DNA of 57,341 nt, the filler included, from Basidiobolus meristosporus CBS 931.73 (Eukaryota; Fungi; Basidiobolomycota): NCBI GenBank assembly GCA_002104905.1. It is 3 parts of 3 records of this genome, joined end to end, with 100 filler letters (N's around TTAATTAATTAA, not from the genome) between each part and the next. Parts side by side here need not be neighbours in the genome. Positions count along the whole stretch, not along the records: positions 46,006 to 57,341 come from MCFE01001276.1; 2 more parts are not named here. One strand, 5' to 3'. Of this stretch, positions 57,152 through 57,341 are shown one piece after another. The position numbers were made by a program, and so were the translations under genes. Below the pieces are notes generated by a model. That model saw only the letters and a list, made by a program, of their open reading frames with translations, was not told where the DNA came from and did no database searches. How positions within the stretch are numbered: position 1 is the first letter of the stretch; every line of letters starts with the position of its first letter.

Positions 57152-57341
57152 TTAGGGTTAGGGTTAGGGTTAGGGTTAGGGTTAGGGCTAGGGTTAGGGT
57201 TAGGGTTAGGGTTAGGGTTAGGGTTAGGGTTAGGGTTAGGGTTAGGGTTAGGGTTAGGGTTAGGGTTAGGGTTAGGGTTAGGGTTAGGGTTAGGGTTAGG
57301 GTTAGGGTTAGGGTTAGGGTTAGGGTTAGGGTTAGGGTTAG
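57148..57341 (+). repeat. Telomeric (TTAGGG)n tract, contig 3 end
   Basis: About 32 repeats with one CTAGGG variant near 57188. Confidence 0.98.

Overview
Fungal subtelomeric DNA (fungus-specific Gti1/Pac2 gene, TTAGGG telomeres; an early-diverging fungus is a guess). The window is three separate contigs (1-26455, 26556-45905, 46006-57341) joined by artificial N/TTAATTAATTAA/N spacers, and each ends in a (TTAGGG)n tract. Main finding: an apparent telomere-targeted non-LTR retrotransposon system with three members sharing one 3' signature (AATAAA, TCACC/GGTGA hairpin, C-run). They are (A) a LINE encoding ORF1 plus APE-endonuclease/RT, with the two ORFs in frame across a single UGA-CUA; (B) an ORF1-only element organised like HeT-A; and (C) a tRNA-derived SINE. 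All sit head-to-tail with 5' ends toward the telomere, and most 3' ends are fused to 1-3 TTAGGG units seeded on TTAG/CTAG-like microhomologies. Also present: two LTR families inserted 9-13 bp upstream of tRNA-Leu(CAG) genes, duplicated cassettes of small secreted proteins (including a beta-defensin-like peptide), an aryl-alcohol dehydrogenase pseudogene, and a sharp mosaic of CpG-depleted and CpG-retaining domains. All alignments and counts were done by eye; no database searches were run.
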